From Salinivirgaceae bacterium (GTDB lineage Bacteria; Bacteroidota; Bacteroidia; Bacteroidales; SZUA-534): a stretch of 64,000 bases of DNA. Every line of letters begins with the position of its first letter. The stretch's first letter is position 1. Made by a program: the position numbers and the translations under genes. This document shows, one piece after another, positions 61,582 through 64,000 of this stretch. Below the pieces are notes generated by a model that was not told the origin of the DNA, did no database searches, and saw only the letters and a list, made by a program, of their open reading frames with translations. The stretch spans positions 32,001 through 96,000 of the forward strand of contig JAKSOL010000008.1 of the NCBI GenBank assembly GCA_024405635.1, written 5' to 3'.

Positions 61582-61673
61582 GTTGTTTTTACAAAACCGT
61601 TGGCGGCTTGAATTTTGCGCGCCAAACCCCCAAAAAAAACAAACCTCCAAATTTTTGTTAAACTTTTTTGTGA
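61582..61673 (-). repeat. Copy 1 of the ~90-bp upstream element
   Basis: Direct repeat of 59066-59155. Confidence 0.9.
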
Positions 61674-61679
61674 GAAAAG

Positions 61680-62267
61680 TTATCGGTTTACAAACACTCC
61701 TATGTAGCGGCGTACTTTGCTTTTATATTCAACGTAGTTGTGGGCAAAAGTCTTTTCCAAAAAACGCTCTTCGTTAAGTATTTGCATGTGGAACAACACT
61801 ATAGCACATACCGAAAAACAGCCGTTGTAAACATTTGGAAAGGCTAACAAAATGCCCAAATACATTAGGTCGAAACCCACAAATGCAGGATTTCGGCTTA
61901 TTCGATACACTCCCGAAGTTACCAATTCGGTGTCGTTGTTATCAGGAATTCCTGCGCGCCAACTGCTTCTCATTTCGGTCATTCCCAAAATAAAAAACAA
62001 CACGCCCAACGATGCAATTGCTACCCCAGCCCATTGCCATGCTGTTGGCATTAAATACTTATTGTACACAATGCTAGCAATTTCAACCACAGGCATTGCA
62101 AAAGTCAATGTTTGCAGCTTTATTTCTAACCAACGCACATGGTTTGGTTTGTTTCCTTTGCCAAGAATCATGGTGGCTATACCCTGTTTTTTCAGCATAA
62201 TCTGTTTTGCAAAATATGCCACATAAAAAATTAGCATCAGTGCCAACACAGCAAACTTAACACACAT
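61680..62267 (-). CDS. Isoprenylcysteine carboxyl methyltransferase/PEMT family membrane protein
   Basis: LVTSGVYRISRNP, EERFL...Y.EY...VRRY. Confidence 0.85.
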   Translation of the reverse strand: MCVKFAVLALMLIFYVAYFAKQIMLKKQGIATMILGKGNKPNHVRWLEIKLQTLTFAMPVVEIASIVYNKYLMPTAWQWAGVAIASLGVLFFILGMTEMRSSWRAGIPDNNDTELVTSGVYRISRNPAFVGFDLMYLGILLAFPNVYNGCFSVCAIVLFHMQILNEERFLEKTFAHNYVEYKSKVRRYIGVFVNR

Positions 62268-62271
62268 ATTT

Positions 62272-63153
62272 TCAATCGTTTATATTATAAACACCTTCAA
62301 TTTTAAGAGTTGCGCCACCGCCAAACAATATGCGGCCATTGTGGTGCATTATGCGCACACTGTTAAACACGCGATTGTTGCCACCTTGCTCAATAGTTGC
62401 TGCCTTGCCGTTCCATAGTCCTTGGTCAAGCATATAATACGCAAACGCCAAATTCGACGATCCGGTTGCAGGGTCTTCCAAATAACCAAAACGAGGAGCA
62501 AATACACGCGTATGAGCAATACAATTACAATTGCTTGTCTCCATTGAAAAAACAAGCACATTGTCGAAATTATGGGCAATGGCAAATTCTTTTAGTTGTT
62601 GTTCGTTGGGCCATATCGATATTTCGTCGGATAGTTTTTTAATAGGTACAATGATGGTGCGCAAGCCTGCCTCAATGTGAGCAAAGGGCAAACTAGCATC
62701 GCACACATCTTTACTAATTCCAAGTTTTTCAACAATCATTTCTGGAGTGCAAGTCATTGAGTGGCGAATACCTTTGGGCGAGGTTATGTAAACTGCATTT
62801 TCGTCGGCAATGTGGTTATACACAGTTAGCAAACCTTTTCGGTTTGTTTCAACTGTAATTTCTTGTTTTGAAAGTAGTTCGGGAGTGCTTTTTATAAGTT
62901 CGTACATTGTAGCAATGGTACCATGTCCGCAAAAATCAACTTCGCACTCCGACGAATAATAAGTTAGTTTGCAATCGGCAACTGACGAGTTTTCAACAAA
63001 AACCACTTCCGACACAAAACCAGCATGCTCCTTGCCAAAGTCGAGCATTTGCGCTGGTGTTAGTTTTTTGTTGCCAAGCAACAAGCATGCGGCCGGATTG
63101 CCTTTTGAGTTGCCGCTTGTAAAAGCATCTATCTTTTTGTATTTAAAGTGCAT
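62272..63153 (-). CDS. PhzF family isomerase
   Basis: DAFT...GNPA, EVDFCGHGT, EDPATGS. Confidence 0.9.
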   Translation of the reverse strand: MHFKYKKIDAFTSGNSKGNPAACLLLGNKKLTPAQMLDFGKEHAGFVSEVVFVENSSVADCKLTYYSSECEVDFCGHGTIATMYELIKSTPELLSKQEITVETNRKGLLTVYNHIADENAVYITSPKGIRHSMTCTPEMIVEKLGISKDVCDASLPFAHIEAGLRTIIVPIKKLSDEISIWPNEQQLKEFAIAHNFDNVLVFSMETSNCNCIAHTRVFAPRFGYLEDPATGSSNLAFAYYMLDQGLWNGKAATIEQGGNNRVFNSVRIMHHNGRILFGGGATLKIEGVYNIND

Positions 63154-63300
63154 AGCTATTATTATTATTTTTAGTTGTGTAACAAAACTAATTGATTTTT
63201 TTGTTATGAAAGAATGCGCTAAACTGCTATCAAACAACAACAAAGCCGACGATGAATTTAATCAACGCCGGCATTTTATTATTTACACTACAAATGCTCT

Positions 63301-63999
63301 TTACTTTTTAGTTGCAGTTTTTTTGTCAACCTCTTGAAACAAATCTTTTATTCCGCCAATTGAGCCAAGCATGTTTGTGGCCTCGTATGGCAAATAAACG
63401 GTTTTGCTATCGGAAGCAATGGTATTAAGAGCCTCAATGTACTTAACAGCAAGCATGTAGGTTGCCGGATTGGTTTTGGTAGAAGCAATGGCAGCGGCAA
63501 CCTGAGCAATAGATTTAGCCTCGGCCTCAGCGGCAAGAAATTTCGATTCGGCCTCGCCTTGTGCACGCAATATCGATGCTTGTTTTTGAGCCTCAGCAGC
63601 ATTAATCTCAGCCATTTTTCGGCCTTCGGAATCAAGTATGCGCGATTGTTTTTCGCCTTCGGCTTTCAAAATTTCGGCGCGGCGCTCGCGTTCGGCTTGC
63701 ATTTGCAACTCCATTGTTTTTTGAATCGAAATTGGAGGTGTAATGTCTTGCAACTCAACACGATTAACCTTTACTCCCCATTTATTTGTAGCATCGTCGA
63801 GCACGTTGCGAAGTTTGTTGTTAATGGTGTCGCGCGAGGTAAGAGTTTCGTCCAACTCCATTTCGCCCACCACGTTACGCAAAGTGGTTTGAGTTAGTTT
63901 TTCAATAGCCAAAGGCAAGTCGCTAATTTCGTATGCGGCTTTTACTGGATCAACTACCTGAAAGTAAAGCAGTGCATTTATTTCGGTAATAACGTTGTC
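63301..63999 (-). CDS. SPFH/Band 7 (stomatin-like) protein, 5' end outside the window
   Basis: DN....NA..YFQVVDP, QTTLRNVVGEMELD, WGVKVNRVE, QMQAERERRA. Confidence 0.92.
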   Translation of the reverse strand, partial: DNVITEINALLYFQVVDPVKAAYEISDLPLAIEKLTQTTLRNVVGEMELDETLTSRDTINNKLRNVLDDATNKWGVKVNRVELQDITPPISIQKTMELQMQAERERRAEILKAEGEKQSRILDSEGRKMAEINAAEAQKQASILRAQGEAESKFLAAEAEAKSIAQVAAAIASTKTNPATYMLAVKYIEALNTIASDSKTVYLPYEATNMLGSIGGIKDLFQEVDKKTATKK

Positions 64000-64000
64000 T

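Overview
Chromosomal segment of a Bacteroidota bacterium, probably Bacteroidales/Marinilabiliales-like. Evidence: gldD/gldE, T9SS cargo proteins, the rpmB-rpmG-DUF4295-ftsY-rimO order and TAnnTTTG promoters. Bases 1-37 kb are mostly core genes: ribosomal proteins, ftsY, rimO, ssb, gldED, PcrB, LptF/G, UvrD, pcm-clpX-clpP-tig, tRNA-Arg(CCT) and tRNA-Leu(TAG). From about 37 kb the window is an accessory patchwork of transporters, Cys/Met synthesis, esterases and xanthine salvage. An ~8.2-kb integrase-less island (about 50277-58480) carries a type I restriction-modification operon, hsdR-hsdM-rhuM-hsdS-DUF2971. It has a candidate structured 5' leader RNA and tandem palindromes, and it truncates a host gene on each side. 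Next to it is a duplicated, decaying module of a shared 90-bp upstream element, a small Cys-rich secreted peptide and beta-propeller lipoprotein(s). All product calls are by motif recognition; no database searches were run.
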